Of a DNA stretch of 64,000 nucleotides, positions 49,672-61,755 are shown in pieces. This DNA comes from an uncultured delta proteobacterium (lineage in GTDB: Bacteria; Desulfobacterota; Binatia; UBA9968), in the NCBI GenBank assembly GCA_963804165.1, contig CAWDPO010000041.1:32001-96000 (forward strand), written 5' to 3'. The notes under the pieces are model-generated. The model was not told the DNA's origin and made no database searches. It saw nothing but the letters and a program-made list of their open reading frames with translations. The stretch's first letter is position 1. Every line of letters begins with the position of its first letter. The position numbers and the translations under genes were made by a program.

Positions 49672-52414
49672 ATGAAAAAAGGCTCGCTCATACTTCTGGC
49701 GGCAATCGTTGCTGTCGTGGTGGCGTTCTTCGTTTTCAGCCGCTACTTCGTCGACCTATTATGGTTTAGCTCGCTGGGATTTCGCGAGGTGTTTACGACC
49801 ACCTGGCTCACCGCGCTCGGTGTATTCGTCGCTGCGGCCGGACTCTCGGCCGCGATCTTGCTGCTCAATGGCTTCATCGCCGCGCGGGCGACATCTGGAA
49901 GAACGCATCGACCGCAGAGCTTCAGGATTATCGGTCGTGGCGCCCAAGGGAATCCTGAGGTCATCGAGCTTTCCTTCGACAAGCTGCCATGGCGACTGAT
50001 CGTTGCCGGGGTGGCCCTAATCGTCGGCTTGTTCATCGGCATCGCCCAAATGGACAACTGGGACACTCTACTCAAGTGGTTCTATGCGGTCCCCTTCGGA
50101 AGGCCTGATCCGTTATTCGAAAAGGACCTCGGGTTTTACGTGTTTTCACTTCCCCTCTATGAACTGTTCAGAGATTGGGCGCTGCTGATAGTTTTTCTAA
50201 GCGCCGCGAGCGCCGCCGCCATCTATCTGCTGCGCGGCGACATCATTTATCAGCAAGCGGGACCGCCTACGCTCAGCGCCGCGGCAATCCGTCACCTATC
50301 CGCACTGTTGGCGATATTTTTTCTCGTCAAAGCCGGCGGCTATATTCTGCAGCGTTACGATCTGCTGACCAGCAATAACGGGATCGTCTTCGGGGCCGCC
50401 TATACCGACGTCAATCTGCGCTTGCCGTTGTTAATCGGTCTAGCCGGCGCGGCAATCATCGCGGCGGCCCTATGCGTTTACAATATTTGGCTTGGCGGTC
50501 TTCGCCTGCCCATCGTGGCGGTCATCTTGGTCGTCGCCGTGTCGATTGTGCAAACGATCGTGCCCGGGGCTTTTCAAAGCTATTGGGTGAAGCCGGACGA
50601 GCTCAAGCTGGAATCGCGCTACATCGCCAAAAACATCGAGCTCACCCGCTACGGTTTCGGTCTGGATAGCATCACCAGCGCGCCGTTCCCCGCGAAAGGG
50701 AAGCTCACGCCCGAGGTGATCGCGGCAAACCAGGCGACGATCCAGAATATCCGGTGGTGGGATCCGCGCCCGCTACGGATACGTACCGTCAACTCCAGGA
50801 AATCCGCCTTTACTACGACTTCCACGACATCGACGTCGACCGTTACATGATCGATGGCAGCTACCGGCAAGTCTTGCTCTCGGCGCGCGAGTTGAATCAG
50901 TCGAAACTGCCGGCCGACGCGCAAACCTGGATCAATCAGCGCTTCAAGTTTACCCATGGCAACGGCATCGCCATGAACCCGGTCAATCGCTTCGACGAGG
51001 AAGGGCTGCCGATTTTTTACGTCAAGGATATTCCTCCCGTGGGTCCGCCGGAGCTGAAGATCGACCGCCCGCAGATCTATTTCGGGGAGGAGACCAGAAA
51101 TTATGTCATCGTCGGCGGCGGCACCACAGAATTCGACTACGCCAAGGGCCAGGAGAATGTCTACAACGTCTATGAAGGCCGCGACGGCGTGTCCTTGGGC
51201 AGTCTGTGGCGGCGCGCATTATTTGCCTGGGCTTTCGGCGATTTCAATCTGTTCATCAGCGAGAACGTAACCGCGACGAGCAAGGTTCTTTTTCGGCGCC
51301 TGATTCAGGACCGCATTCGCCGCATCGCGCCTTTTCTCCGTCTCGATCGCGATCCTTATCTGGTCGTCAGCGACGGGCGCTTGATCTGGCTGCAGGATGC
51401 TTACACCATCAGCGACTCGCTGCCGTACTCCCAGCGCACCCAGCCCGGCAGCATCAACTATATCGCAACTCGGTGAAGATCGCGGTCGACGCCTATGACG
51501 GCAATCCGATTTTTTACATCGCCGATCCGAAAGATCCCATCGTGCTCACGTATCAACGCATCTTCCCGACGTTATTTCAGCCGATGGATTCGATGCCGGC
51601 GTCGTTACGCGCTCATATCCGATACCCGGAAGATCTTTTTATCATTCAAGCGAGAGTGTACGGCACCTATCACATGAAGGATCCCGAGGTATTCTACAAC
51701 AAGGAAGACTTGTGGAATTTCCCGAGAGAAGCCCACAAAGGACAAGCCGGCACGATGCAGCCCTATTACACGATCATGCGTTTGCCAGGGGAGCCGCGCG
51801 AGGAATTTATTCTCATGATACCCATGGTGCCCAACAATCGCGACAACATGATCGCCTGGCTGGCCGCGCGCTGCGACGGACCGAACTACGGCAAGGTGAT
51901 CGAGTTTACGTTTTCCAAAGAGAAACTCATCTACGGCCCGGCGCAGATCGAGGCGCGCATCGATCAGGACACCACGATCTCCCAGCAGCTTTCGCTGTGG
52001 AACCAGGCTGGCTCCCGCGTCATTCGCGGCAATCTTCTGGTGATTCCGATCGACGACACCTTGTTGTACGTCGAGCCGATGTATCTCAGCGCCGAAAGCC
52101 GCCAGTTACCGGAGCTCAAGCGCCTGATCGCTTCCACCGGCGATCGCGTCGTCATGGCGCAGACGTCGAAGTTTGCTCGCCGCGCTCGTCGCGCCGGACA
52201 CGCGCAGGCCGCCAACCGTGGTCACGTCAACAGCCCCGACCACGCCCGGGTCCGCGCAAGCGGACCGCCTCCCTCAGGAGCCAATGCCGAAGCTCTTAAC
52301 CACTACCGGCGCGCGTTCGACGCGCTAAGCAAAGGCGACTGGCGTACTTTTGGTACGGAAATGGATGCGATGCAAAAAGCCTTGCAAGGCGCGCCGGCGA
52401 AGCCGCCTTCCTAG
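49672..52414 (+). CDS. UPF0182-family membrane protein (indels near 50776, 51463, ~52170)
   Basis: DLLWF.SLG, DPLF..D.GFYVF.LP, GA.YTD, QLQEIR.YY.F.D.D.DRY, FTHG.G, NSVK..VDAYDG, RYPEDLF, RGNLL. Confidence 0.88.
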
Positions 52415-52605
52415 CGAAGAGATCGGAGAATTTGGTTGAGCGGAATTGGTCCGTACTGAATGGATGAATAAGAGCGAGAAACCGGCCTCCGACTTGCGAA
52501 ACTTACTCGAAACTCATTTGTTCTCCAGATGGAGTTAGCCTAGTCAGGCACGAGTGGCGGCGCGCGGTCAAACGCTAAAATAGTTTGCCGGCTCTGCAAT
52601 CCAAC

Positions 52606-53661
52606 CTAACGCACCGGCAACGGTTTGTTGCCGTTGATCCATTTGAAGAGTTCAATCGTTTCCGCGTCGCGCGGCACCGACCTGATGATTTCTTCCTGAG
52701 CTTCCGGCATCAACGCGCTCGGGCTGTCTCCGGTCAATTTCTTGAACTCTTTGTGGAACTCAGGGTCTTGAAAGGTTTTCTTCATCGCCTCGCGCAAAAT
52801 TTGCACTTGCTCTTTGGGCGTGCCGGGAGAAAGGAGATAGGGCGTCCCGACGAGTCTGGTAGCGCGCGTCAAGCCCAGGAACCGCCGCTCTCTCTCGGTT
52901 TTCACAAAGCCGTCGATTTCCGGAAGATGATCGAAATCCGGCTCCTTGTCTTCCCTGGGTATCTTCAAGATGGCAATAAAATCGAACAGTCCTTTTTTCA
53001 CCGCCTCGGGGTTTCGCCGGATCACCTCGGCGGTATTGTTGCTGCGCGCATCCAGTTCTCCCCGCCCCATGGCCACATCGACTTCTATGGATGAGTAGCC
53101 CAAGACGAATCTGGGGTCCTTGAGACCGAGAAGCCAAGCAAAAGTGCGTCCGTAAGTGTACGTGGTATGGCCGACGGAGGTGGCGCCGATTCGCAGTCCT
53201 GGGTGAGCTTGCAGCTTTTCCATAGTATTCAGCCCCAGCTCTTTCCGAGTAAAGAAAGCATAGTGAAACGCGCTGTCAGTGGAGCCGAGCCATTGGAATT
53301 TATCGATGTCATATTGCACACCGGTCTCACCCAGGACGGCGCTGGTCACAATACCGCTGCTGATATGTCCGATGGTAAGACCGTCCGGGCGCGCCGTGCT
53401 AAAAATGTAATTGGCCGCCTTGCGGCCTCCGCCGCCCGGCATGAACTCGTTGATGATGGTGGGATTTCCCGGAATGTATTTTCTTAAGAACGGTATGACC
53501 GCTTTCGACCGGATATCGCCCGAACCGCCGGCCTCGCGGCCCTGGATGAGTTTGATAGTCTTGCCTTGATAATACGGCGACTGCGCGTAGACATGCCCGC
53601 CAAATCCGAGGAAGGCAACGGCGCCGATAAGCCAAATTTTTACGAATGCTCCAATTTGCAT
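52606..53661 (-). CDS. Bug/TctC-family substrate-binding protein
   Basis: Colinear paralog of 47174-48229 (YYQGKT, IPGNPT, MPGGGGRKAAN, RGELDAR). Confidence 0.85.
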   Translation of the reverse strand: MQIGAFVKIWLIGAVAFLGFGGHVYAQSPYYQGKTIKLIQGREAGGSGDIRSKAVIPFLRKYIPGNPTIINEFMPGGGGRKAANYIFSTARPDGLTIGHISSGIVTSAVLGETGVQYDIDKFQWLGSTDSAFHYAFFTRKELGLNTMEKLQAHPGLRIGATSVGHTTYTYGRTFAWLLGLKDPRFVLGYSSIEVDVAMGRGELDARSNNTAEVIRRNPEAVKKGLFDFIAILKIPREDKEPDFDHLPEIDGFVKTERERRFLGLTRATRLVGTPYLLSPGTPKEQVQILREAMKKTFQDPEFHKEFKKLTGDSPSALMPEAQEEIIRSVPRDAETIELFKWINGNKPLPVR

Positions 53662-54266
53662 TTCAGCCTCCCGTCAAGACCGGTTTAAACGATAAATCCA
53701 TCGTGTAAAAAAGCAGCGAGATGCCGGCACTGGAGAAATCTTCCCAAAAGATGGCGGACCCTACCCGATTTCCACACTTATAGTCAACGGCAGATGGTTT
53801 TTTTGTCTCCTGGATCATTTCGCCGTGTTTGCTGCTCGAAACAATTGGAGGATGTAGATCTTCTGATGTTTACCGTGGAATGGTATGCACTGCAAAGGCA
53901 CAGTGCTGCAAAGCCACAACCAAAGCTGAGAAAGACATTTCACCACAGAGATCCCCAGAGTTCGCAGAGATCTTATGCTGGGCGCTAGATCTTGTCTGCA
54001 CGAAGCCGTTGCGGTTCGGCATCTGCATTTTAGGCAAAGTCTGGGCGTTCATCGTGTCGTTCGCCCCGATGAGCTCATTGAGCGAAAGGATGTACGATGA
54101 GTTTTCACTGAGAGTATGCGATAACGGCTTGATCCGTCAATTCCAACGCTGGCATATAGAGCGGCGGGCAGGCGGTCGATTTTCATTCGCCTATGCAATG
54201 AGAAATTAATAATATGTCCGCGAAATCCACCCGGTTGTAGCAGTCGCCTTGGTAGGGAGAGACCTT

Positions 54267-55613
54267 ATGGCTTTAAACAATAAACTCCACCAGAAAATTT
54301 CTCCGTCCGTGCAATTTCTCAAGGACGATATTTGGCGTCTGCGCGCCGACAAGCTAGAACGGAAGAAGTGTTTTTGGATCACTCACCTGAGAGTATTTCT
54401 GTTGGCAATCCGTAGATTTTATGAGGACAAGTGCGAGTTACGCGCATCGGCATTAACATTCTATTCTTTGCTTTCGATCGTGCCCGTGGTTGCGATGGCA
54501 TTCGGCGTCGCGAAAGGATTTGGCTTTGAAAAAGTGCTAGAGGCGCAGCTCCTCGCCAAACTGGAAGGCCAGCCTGAAGTGGCCGACCGGATTGTCGGTT
54601 TTGCGCGCGCTCTCCTGGAGAACACCAAAGGTGGCGCTATCGCCGGAGTGGGTGTTGTGGTTTTGTTTTGGACTGTGGTGAAAGTCTTGGGAAATATTGA
54701 AAATGCATTCAATGATATTTGGGGCGTCAAGAAAGCCAGACATCTGGGCCGTAAGGTCGCCGACTATCTATCGGTGATGGTGATCTGTCCCGTCCTTTTG
54801 ATCACCGCAAGCAGCGTGACGGTGCTCCTGACGACCCAGATTACGTCGATGATAGAGAGACTCTCTTTTCTGGGTTATGCCGCAGGCATCATCATTTTCC
54901 TTTTACGCCTTTCCCCATACGCCGTGATCTGGGTTTTGTTCACGATCATGTATGTGTTCATGCCCAACACCAAGGTTCAGATAAAATCCGGACTATGGGG
55001 CGGCATCGTGGCCGGGACCATCTATCAGGTCGCCCAGTTGGCGTATATCAAGTTCCAAATAGGGGTTTCCAGTTATGGAGCGATTTACGGTAGCTTCGCC
55101 GCGCTGCCGCTTTTCTTGGCATGGCTGCAACTCAGTTGGCTGATCGTGCTTTTCGGCGCAGAAATTTCTTTTGCTCGTCAAAATGTCGCGGCATTTGAAT
55201 TCGAAGCCGATTGTTCGAGATTGAGTCATTCCTTTAAGAGAATCGTCGCGCTTGTGACTACGCACCATTGTGTCAGAGAATTTATTCAGGAAAAAAAGCC
55301 TCCGACCGCAGAGGAAATTGCCCTGTCGCTGGAAATTCCCATCCGCTTGGTTCGATCCACTCTTTTTGAGTTGACCGAAGCTAAAGTCCTTTCGGAAGTT
55401 GGTACAAACGAACGTGTAGACGTGGCTTATCAGCCGGGGTGCCGCACCGACGACCTGACGGTGACAAAAGTAATGAGTCGCTTGGACCGGCAGGGAACGG
55501 ACGTTTTATCGATTGCAGAATCAGACAAGCTCGAACGGCTCCGGAAAGTTCTCACGGATTTCGATGAAATGAATGAGAAGTCGCCGGCAAATCTAAGGCT
55601 TCAAGAGCTTTGA
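54267..55613 (+). CDS. YihY/BrkB-family membrane protein with C-terminal HTH-like domain
   Basis: ASALTFYSLLSIVP, IE.AFN.IW, Y..MPN, Y.AIYGSFAALP.FL.WL..SW.IVLFGAE. Confidence 0.9.
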   Translation: MALNNKLHQKISPSVQFLKDDIWRLRADKLERKKCFWITHLRVFLLAIRRFYEDKCELRASALTFYSLLSIVPVVAMAFGVAKGFGFEKVLEAQLLAKLEGQPEVADRIVGFARALLENTKGGAIAGVGVVVLFWTVVKVLGNIENAFNDIWGVKKARHLGRKVADYLSVMVICPVLLITASSVTVLLTTQITSMIERLSFLGYAAGIIIFLLRLSPYAVIWVLFTIMYVFMPNTKVQIKSGLWGGIVAGTIYQVAQLAYIKFQIGVSSYGAIYGSFAALPLFLAWLQLSWLIVLFGAEISFARQNVAAFEFEADCSRLSHSFKRIVALVTTHHCVREFIQEKKPPTAEEIALSLEIPIRLVRSTLFELTEAKVLSEVGTNERVDVAYQPGCRTDDLTVTKVMSRLDRQGTDVLSIAESDKLERLRKVLTDFDEMNEKSPANLRLQEL

Positions 55614-55790
55614 TGGTTGAACGTCTCATTGGATGCAAAGGTGCGAATGGAGAGTTTGCTTTCGCATCTAGAAGGCGAGCGATTGTTCTGGTAAATTCGT
55701 TTCCGGTTGTTGTTGATTTTGTGACCGTCGCGTATCTCAGCCGCTGCCATATGGCAAAATAATTCCGCTGCATCGACGAACATTCTGCCC

Positions 55791-58172
55791 ATGACGACCG
55801 CCGTCTCGGACGCTGCACAAATCAAGATTGTTCAAACCATCGCCAAGGAACTCGGCGCAGGGGCGCAACAAGTCACCGCCGCAATTGCGCTGCTTGATGA
55901 AGGTTCGACCGTCCCATTCATTGCGCGCTATCGCAAGGAAGTCACCGGTAACTTGGACGACACCCAGCTGCGCAACCTGGAAGAGAGGCTGCTCTATCTG
56001 CGTGAACTCGAAGAGCGGCGCGCGGTGATCCTGGCGTCGATCGAAGCACAGGGAAAACTCACCGACGAGCTGCGCGGCGCCGTCGAGGCGGCAGCGACCA
56101 AGCAGGTGCTGGAAGATATTTATTTGCCCTATAAGCCTAAGCGGCGCACACGCGCACAGATCGCGCGCGAGGCCGGGCTGGAACCTCTGGCTGATGCGCT
56201 ATTCGGCGATCCTCGGCTCGATCCGGAGCAGGAAGCGGCGAAGTACATCAATGACAAACCTGCGGCTGAGAACGGCGTGCCCGACGTGAAGACCGCGCTC
56301 GACGGGGCACGCGATATTCTGGTCGAGCGATTTGCCGAGACAGCGGAGCTTCTGGCCAAACTACGGGAGAGTATGTGGGCGGAGGGCGTCGTTACAGCCA
56401 AGGTGGCAAAGGGGAAAGAGACCGCTGAGGCGGAGAAGTTTCGCGACTATTACGATTACGCGGAAACGATACGGACGATTCCGTCGCACCGCGCCCTCGC
56501 GCTATTCCGCGGTCAAACTCTGGAGGTGCTGACGATTAGCTTGGGTCTAGGCGACGAACTCGAAGCCGCCCTGCCGCATCCTTGCGTTGCGATGATCGTG
56601 GCGCATTTCGGCATCGAAGAGCGCGGGCGCCCGGCCGACAAGTGGCTGGCCGACGTTTGCCAGTGGACCTGGCGCGTCCGGGCGCACTTGCACATCAGCA
56701 CCGAGCTCTTGATGCAGTTGCGCGAGGCGGCGGAAGCCGAGGCGATCAAAATCTTCGGCCGCAACCTGCATGAGCTGCTGCTGGCCGCGCCGGCAGGTCC
56801 AAAGGCTGTGCTCGGCCTCGACCCCGGCATTCGCACCGGTTGCAAAGTCGCGGTCGTCGATGCCACCGGCAAGCTGCTCGAGACGACTACGATTTATCCG
56901 CACCAACCGCGCAACGACTGGCAGGGCTCGCTGGCGACGCTGGCGCGCATGATCGTGCAGCACAATGTTGAATTGATCTCCATCGGCAACGGCACCGCCA
57001 GCCGCGAGACCGACAAGCTTGCCATCGAAGTGATCAAGTTGATTGCGTCTAAGATGCCGGAACGAAAAGTAAGTAAGATCGTCGTCAGCGAAGCGGGCGC
57101 CTCGGTCTACTCGGCGTCGGCTTTCGCCGCCGCCGAATTTCCCGAGCTCGACGTGAGTTTGCGCGGTGCGGTGTCGATTGCGCGGCGCTTGCAGGATCCG
57201 CTAGCCGAGCTGGTGAAGATCGATCCCAAGTCCATCGGCGTCGGCCAATATCAGCACGACGTCAACCAGCGCGCGTTGGCGCGCTCTCTCGACGCCACCG
57301 TCGAAGATTGCGTCAACGCGGTCGGCGTGGACGTGAACACCGCGTCGACGCCGCTGCTCGCGCGCGTGTCGGGACTGAACAGCGCGCTGGCGAAAAACAT
57401 CGTCGAATTTAGAAATACCAACGGCCCGTTCACCAATCGCAAAACGATCCGCAAAGTGCCCCGCCTGGGCGACAAAACTTTCGAGCAGGCGGCGGGGTTC
57501 CTGCGCATCAACGATGGAGATAATCCACTGGACCGGTCCGCGGTTCACCCGGAAGCTTATCCGGTGGTCGAGCGTATTCTCGCGCGCGTTGGCAAAGGTA
57601 TCAGCCAAGTCATGGGCCAACCAGCCGTGCTGAAGGGACTTTCGCCCGAAGCATTCACGGATGAAAAATTCGGTGTACCGACGATACGTGACATCCTTGC
57701 CGAGTTGGAGAAACCTGGTCGCGATCCGCGCCCCGAATTCAAAACCGCGACATTTCAAGAAGGCGTCGAGTCGCTCGCCGATTTGCAGGCCGGCATGATT
57801 CTCGAAGGTGTGGTGACCAACGTCGCCGCATTCGGGGCCTTCGTCGATATCGGCGTGCACCAGGACGGCCTCGTGCACGTTTCCGCTTTGGCGAATAGGT
57901 TCGTGAAAGATCCGCACGAAATCGTCAAACCCGGCCAAATCGTCAAAGTGAAAGTGCTGGACGTCGACGAGAAGCGCCAGCGCATCTCGCTCACCATGCG
58001 CCTCGACGAAGCTCCCGGCGCCGGAAACCAATCCAGCGCCGCGCGCACGGAGGCTAACATCGGTGCAGCACCCGTATCGAGCGACCGGCGCCCGCGCGCC
58101 GCTACACGAGCCGAGCCAAAACCGGAGGGCGTATTTGCGTTAGCGCTAGAACGCGCCAAGCAAAAAAAGTAA
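55791..58172 (+). CDS. tex: Tex (YhgF) RNA-binding transcriptional accessory protein
   Basis: [48 protein letters not shown]-terminal S1 domain [16 protein letters not shown]. Confidence 0.95.
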   Translation: MTTAVSDAAQIKIVQTIAKELGAGAQQVTAAIALLDEGSTVPFIARYRKEVTGNLDDTQLRNLEERLLYLRELEERRAVILASIEAQGKLTDELRGAVEAAATKQVLEDIYLPYKPKRRTRAQIAREAGLEPLADALFGDPRLDPEQEAAKYINDKPAAENGVPDVKTALDGARDILVERFAETAELLAKLRESMWAEGVVTAKVAKGKETAEAEKFRDYYDYAETIRTIPSHRALALFRGQTLEVLTISLGLGDELEAALPHPCVAMIVAHFGIEERGRPADKWLADVCQWTWRVRAHLHISTELLMQLREAAEAEAIKIFGRNLHELLLAAPAGPKAVLGLDPGIRTGCKVAVVDATGKLLETTTIYPHQPRNDWQGSLATLARMIVQHNVELISIGNGTASRETDKLAIEVIKLIASKMPERKVSKIVVSEAGASVYSASAFAAAEFPELDVSLRGAVSIARRLQDPLAELVKIDPKSIGVGQYQHDVNQRALARSLDATVEDCVNAVGVDVNTASTPLLARVSGLNSALAKNIVEFRNTNGPFTNRKTIRKVPRLGDKTFEQAAGFLRINDGDNPLDRSAVHPEAYPVVERILARVGKGISQVMGQPAVLKGLSPEAFTDEKFGVPTIRDILAELEKPGRDPRPEFKTATFQEGVESLADLQAGMILEGVVTNVAAFGAFVDIGVHQDGLVHVSALANRFVKDPHEIVKPGQIVKVKVLDVDEKRQRISLTMRLDEAPGAGNQSSAARTEANIGAAPVSSDRRPRAATRAEPKPEGVFALALERAKQKK

Positions 58173-58214
58173 CGATCGACGTTTCAGGCGAAGACAGTGC
58201 TATCGCCGCACGAG

Positions 58215-58631
58215 CTAATCGTCGGTGCTGCACTCTTTCATATCCGTCTTGAGCCGATCGAAGGTTGCCGCTAATCTTTCGATCGTGCTGGCTTTATTGT
58301 AGGGCTTGAGGATGTAGTCATAGACGCCCATTTTAAGGACTGACTTAATCGATTGCGGATCGCTATTGGCTGAGATGATCACGACCGGGACATCCGCAGT
58401 TTCCTTGCGGGCGCGAATCTTCGCGAGCACGGCATCGCCGTTCATCTTCGGCAAAAGCATGTCCAGGAAAACGACCGAATAACGCTGATCCGAAAGCTTT
58501 TTCAAACCTTCCGAGCCGTCGGGCGCCGTGTCCACCTCGCAGTTGAGCCGTTTCGTCAGCAAATAGGATAACGCTTGCTGGTCGGTCGGGCTATCCTCGA
58601 TGATCAGCACGCGAAATTTTTGCTCAGACAT
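58215..58631 (-). CDS. Single-domain response regulator (CheY-like)
   Basis: VLIIED, VFLDMLLP.MNG, VIISA, DYILKP. Confidence 0.9.
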   Translation of the reverse strand: MSEQKFRVLIIEDSPTDQQALSYLLTKRLNCEVDTAPDGSEGLKKLSDQRYSVVFLDMLLPKMNGDAVLAKIRARKETADVPVVIISANSDPQSIKSVLKMGVYDYILKPYNKASTIERLAATFDRLKTDMKECSTDD

Positions 58632-58950
58632 AAGACACCTATGAGCGCGACGCAGTTGCAGCGAGGGTTAACTTTTTCAATTCTTTGTAAACTCAAGCCC
58701 GCGTGGATTGTCCAAAGCCTTCCATCTTTATATCGGCACGAAATGGCGAAACTTTTCTGGTTTTAGCAAGAAAAACGATCGCGTTTTTTGCCGTTTCGAA
58801 CCGCGGTCGAAGCAAGATTCGTGAGATCGATTCCGATAGAAGAGGCAGGATTGAATGGAGCGGCCGTGCGCGGCCGATCTAAGAAACGAGCAAAGGCCCG
58901 ACCCGTGGAGGTCGAGCCCATGCTCGATTAAATAATAGAGATCAGTGCGG

Positions 58951-59214
58951 TTAGAAAATCGCGCGAACGAGGCCGCCGACGGCGCGGAAAGGCAACGAAA
59001 TGACTTCGCCAATGACATTCACGGTTCCGCTGAGCACGCCGGTGTCTTCCGTTGTGCTGTCGGTTGTCGTGGTCGTACGCTTTTCCACGGTGACCGGCTC
59101 GCCAGTGCGTTGATCATAGGTGACCTCTTGCGTGTCCGTGCGTTGCGTGGAGCAGGCTGCCCCCAGGATCACGACCAAGAACAAGCTCAAAAAGAAATTG
59201 CATGATTTACGCAT
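58951..59214 (-). CDS. Small hypothetical lipoprotein
   Basis: AAGGAG RBS; lipobox LGAAC; Thr-rich linker and amphipathic C-terminus. Confidence 0.65.
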   Translation of the reverse strand: MRKSCNFFLSLFLVVILGAACSTQRTDTQEVTYDQRTGEPVTVEKRTTTTTDSTTEDTGVLSGTVNVIGEVISLPFRAVGGLVRAIF

Positions 59215-59555
59215 AACTTTCTCCTTTTCGTGGGAAAATGTTCTCGACCCACATGCCTGCAAGGCAGCCAAACTCGTGCCAACGGATTTAAGTCCGATAC
59301 AGTCCGAGAAGCGAGACACGCCGCCGGCTTAATCCAGCAGAACATCAAACATTAATCGTCGGCGGGGTGATACTGCTGAATTGGTCCTGGGAATGGCGTC
59401 GGATTTATAACGTAAATTTCTGTCGCGTCTGAAGGTTTTTTCCTGACATCCGAAGTGTATCTACTACTCGCATTTAATAAATTGCTAGCCGAAGGATTAG
59501 GATCATGACTGTGATTGCGCTCAATCGCCTTCGCACGAAACACAGACTACGCAGG

Positions 59556-59693
59556 TCATATAATCCTCATATCCCAGCCGAGCACCTTTTCGTCGGGTCT
59601 CATCTTCCAGGACAGATTCTTCGCGGCGCCGTAGATGGACGCGAGATTGTAGAGAGGCACGAAAGGGATGTTTTCCATGAGAATATTGCCGGC
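59556..59693 (-). pseudogene. 3' remnant of a peptide-type ABC substrate-binding protein gene
   Basis: Translates AGNILMENIPFVPLYNLASIYGAAKNLSWKMRPDEKVLGWDMRII-stop, nearly identical to the C-terminus of 61756-63309. Confidence 0.85.
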
Positions 59694-59835
59694 AGCGCGG
59701 GCGGTTTCCTTGTGTCCTAATAACTCCGTGTAGTAGTGAAGCTCCTTTGGTTGTTTTTGGCGCGGCTCGAAGCTTACAATTTTGACTCGATCTGATATTT
59801 CTCTGGATATCCAATCCGGTTAGTAAGGAGCAGAC

Positions 59836-60258
59836 ATGGCGAATCCAAAACAAATCGTGCAGCCTTCAGACTTACCCGTTCGCAAATCTCATTCGCAGGT
59901 CGTCGCCGTTACCGGCGGGACGCTGGTGTTCATAGCCGGCATGACATCGCGGAGCGAGAAAGATGCTACGCCGGTTCATCCCGGCGACATGCGAGCGCAG
60001 CTGCGCCAGGTGTGCGAAAACATCGGCCGCGCTTTGCGTTCCGTGGGCGGCGATTATTCAGATGTAGTCAAGACGACGACTTTTACCATTGACGTCGACG
60101 AATACCATCGCGTGAGAGACGAACGTTACAAGTATTTTACCAGCGACTTTCCTACCAGCGCATTGATCGGAGTAAAGCGGCTTGCCGACCCGGCCCTGAT
60201 GGTAGAGATCGAGTGCGTGGCGGTGATACCGACGGAACGCTTCAAACCAGCCAGCTAA
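59836..60258 (+). CDS. RidA/YjgF-family protein
   Basis: VFIAG, Q..Q...NI...L...GG...DVVK, P.S.LIGV..L......VEIE; TAAGGAG RBS. Confidence 0.9.
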   Translation: MANPKQIVQPSDLPVRKSHSQVVAVTGGTLVFIAGMTSRSEKDATPVHPGDMRAQLRQVCENIGRALRSVGGDYSDVVKTTTFTIDVDEYHRVRDERYKYFTSDFPTSALIGVKRLADPALMVEIECVAVIPTERFKPAS

Positions 60259-60362
60259 CATCGAGAGATCGAGTAGTCAGTCATTTTGGTGGACTCGATG
60301 CAGTAAATTCGTGGCAAGAAGATTTCTTCCTTGCGCTAGACGGCGTGAAAACTCTCTCGGAG

Positions 60363-60523
60363 CCCTTCGACCGCGCTCAGGGCGAACGGATAAGTACTCA
60401 ATTTCTACTGAGACCACTCCTTTCGTAGTGAGCTTAGTCAAACTATCAACGCGGTTTTCACACAGTCCGGTACTCAGAATGACACTTGCTTGGAACTGTC
60501 ATCCTGAACGAAGTGAAGGATCT
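60363..60523. repeat. REP-like extragenic palindromes
   Basis: CCCTTCGAC..GCTCAGGGCGAACGG with degenerate inverse at 60418-60443; CTCAGAATGACA ... TGTCATCCTGAACGAAGTGAAGGATCT. Confidence 0.55.
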
Positions 60524-60604
60524 GTTGTCCAATTGCGTCACGATAGGATCGGGAGCACGGCGAATCAAACGCGATACTGCTGCGAGGAAAAAAACAAACT
60601 CGAT

Positions 60605-61579
60605 CTAAGGAGCTTTGCCAATTCCCAAGTCGCGTTGGGCTTCCTTTAGAATCGAAAGGTCGATCACCGTTTCCGGCATGATGTCGGCCGAAAGTTTGAG
60701 CTCTTCCCTGGTGGCCGCGAGGAGGTTCTTTAAGCCGTTGTCCGTGGGTATGCCGTTGCGGCCGAAGATCTTCACTCCCAGGTCATAGGCCTCAGTGGCG
60801 CTGGCAGCGGGCATTTTGAACGATTGGGTCAATAGCGCTTTGGCTCCCTCGCGATCGTCATTGACGAAGCGCAGCGCGTGGAGTAGGGCGCGCAAGACGC
60901 GTCGCGCTTCATCGCGCTTATCCTTGATCCTTTTTTCCGTCGTACCCAATCCTCCCATAGGCATGTCTACGATATCTCCGGCGTAGACCAATACGTTGAG
61001 TCCCTGCTCTTTAGATCGCACGGCAAAATCAGGAGGCAGGAGCGTTGCATGGATGGCCCGGCCGACCAATGCGGAAAAACGTATGGAGTCCGGTCCAAGC
61101 GCGCGGATAGCGACATCCTTTGGAACGCTCAGGCCGTAGAATTCCAGCACCTGTCTGGTGATGTAATGGGCAGCTCCGCCAAAAGATGAAACGGCAACCG
61201 TGCGCCCATGAAGCTCTTTGGCTTGCTTGATCTCCGGCAAAGTCACGAGATAATAGATCGGCTTGGCCACGTAATTGAAAAGGCTCTTGACGCCGCCGCC
61301 CCGTACGGCGGTGGCGATGATCCGCGAATTATGCGTGATGTAATCTACGTCGCCGGAAAGCAGCGCTGCGACGGCAGGCGACCCGGCGATCTGAACGAGC
61401 TCCACGTTAAGTCCTTCGGCGCGAAAGAAGCCCCGTTTGCTAGCTGCGAACAATGGCAGTTCTTGAAAAGCGACGGATGGAAAGCCAATCCGAATGGCCC
61501 GCTCTTGGGCCGCGCCGTTGCCTGCAAGCAAAATGACGACGAGCAGAAACAGAGGGAATGTAATTGTTGCAGCTTTCAT
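60605..61579 (-). CDS. ABC transporter substrate-binding protein (NMT1/SsuA type)
   Basis: Signal peptide; RGFFRAEGLNVELV, AALLSGDVD; paralog of 15923-16921. Confidence 0.85.
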   Translation of the reverse strand: MKAATITFPLFLLVVILLAGNGAAQERAIRIGFPSVAFQELPLFAASKRGFFRAEGLNVELVQIAGSPAVAALLSGDVDYITHNSRIIATAVRGGGVKSLFNYVAKPIYYLVTLPEIKQAKELHGRTVAVSSFGGAAHYITRQVLEFYGLSVPKDVAIRALGPDSIRFSALVGRAIHATLLPPDFAVRSKEQGLNVLVYAGDIVDMPMGGLGTTEKRIKDKRDEARRVLRALLHALRFVNDDREGAKALLTQSFKMPAASATEAYDLGVKIFGRNGIPTDNGLKNLLAATREELKLSADIMPETVIDLSILKEAQRDLGIGKAP

Positions 61580-61755
61580 GAAAAGTTGTTCAACCTCTGC
61601 GCGCCGAGCGATTGCTGCGAGGCCTAATCCAGAAATATGGAGCGTCAAGAGAAGACCTAGTCTGCTCTCGTTTGTATCCAAGATCTCAATCGATCGCTGA
61701 GAAGAAGCGAACTTCACAATCGCTATTTCCCGCAATAGACAACCCGCTTCCCGGA

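Noticed and set aside
53794-54209. Short ORFs in the 53.7-54.2 kb intergenic region
   Set aside because: No RBS or recognisable motif; region contains repeat-like CACCACAGAG...CAGAG sequence
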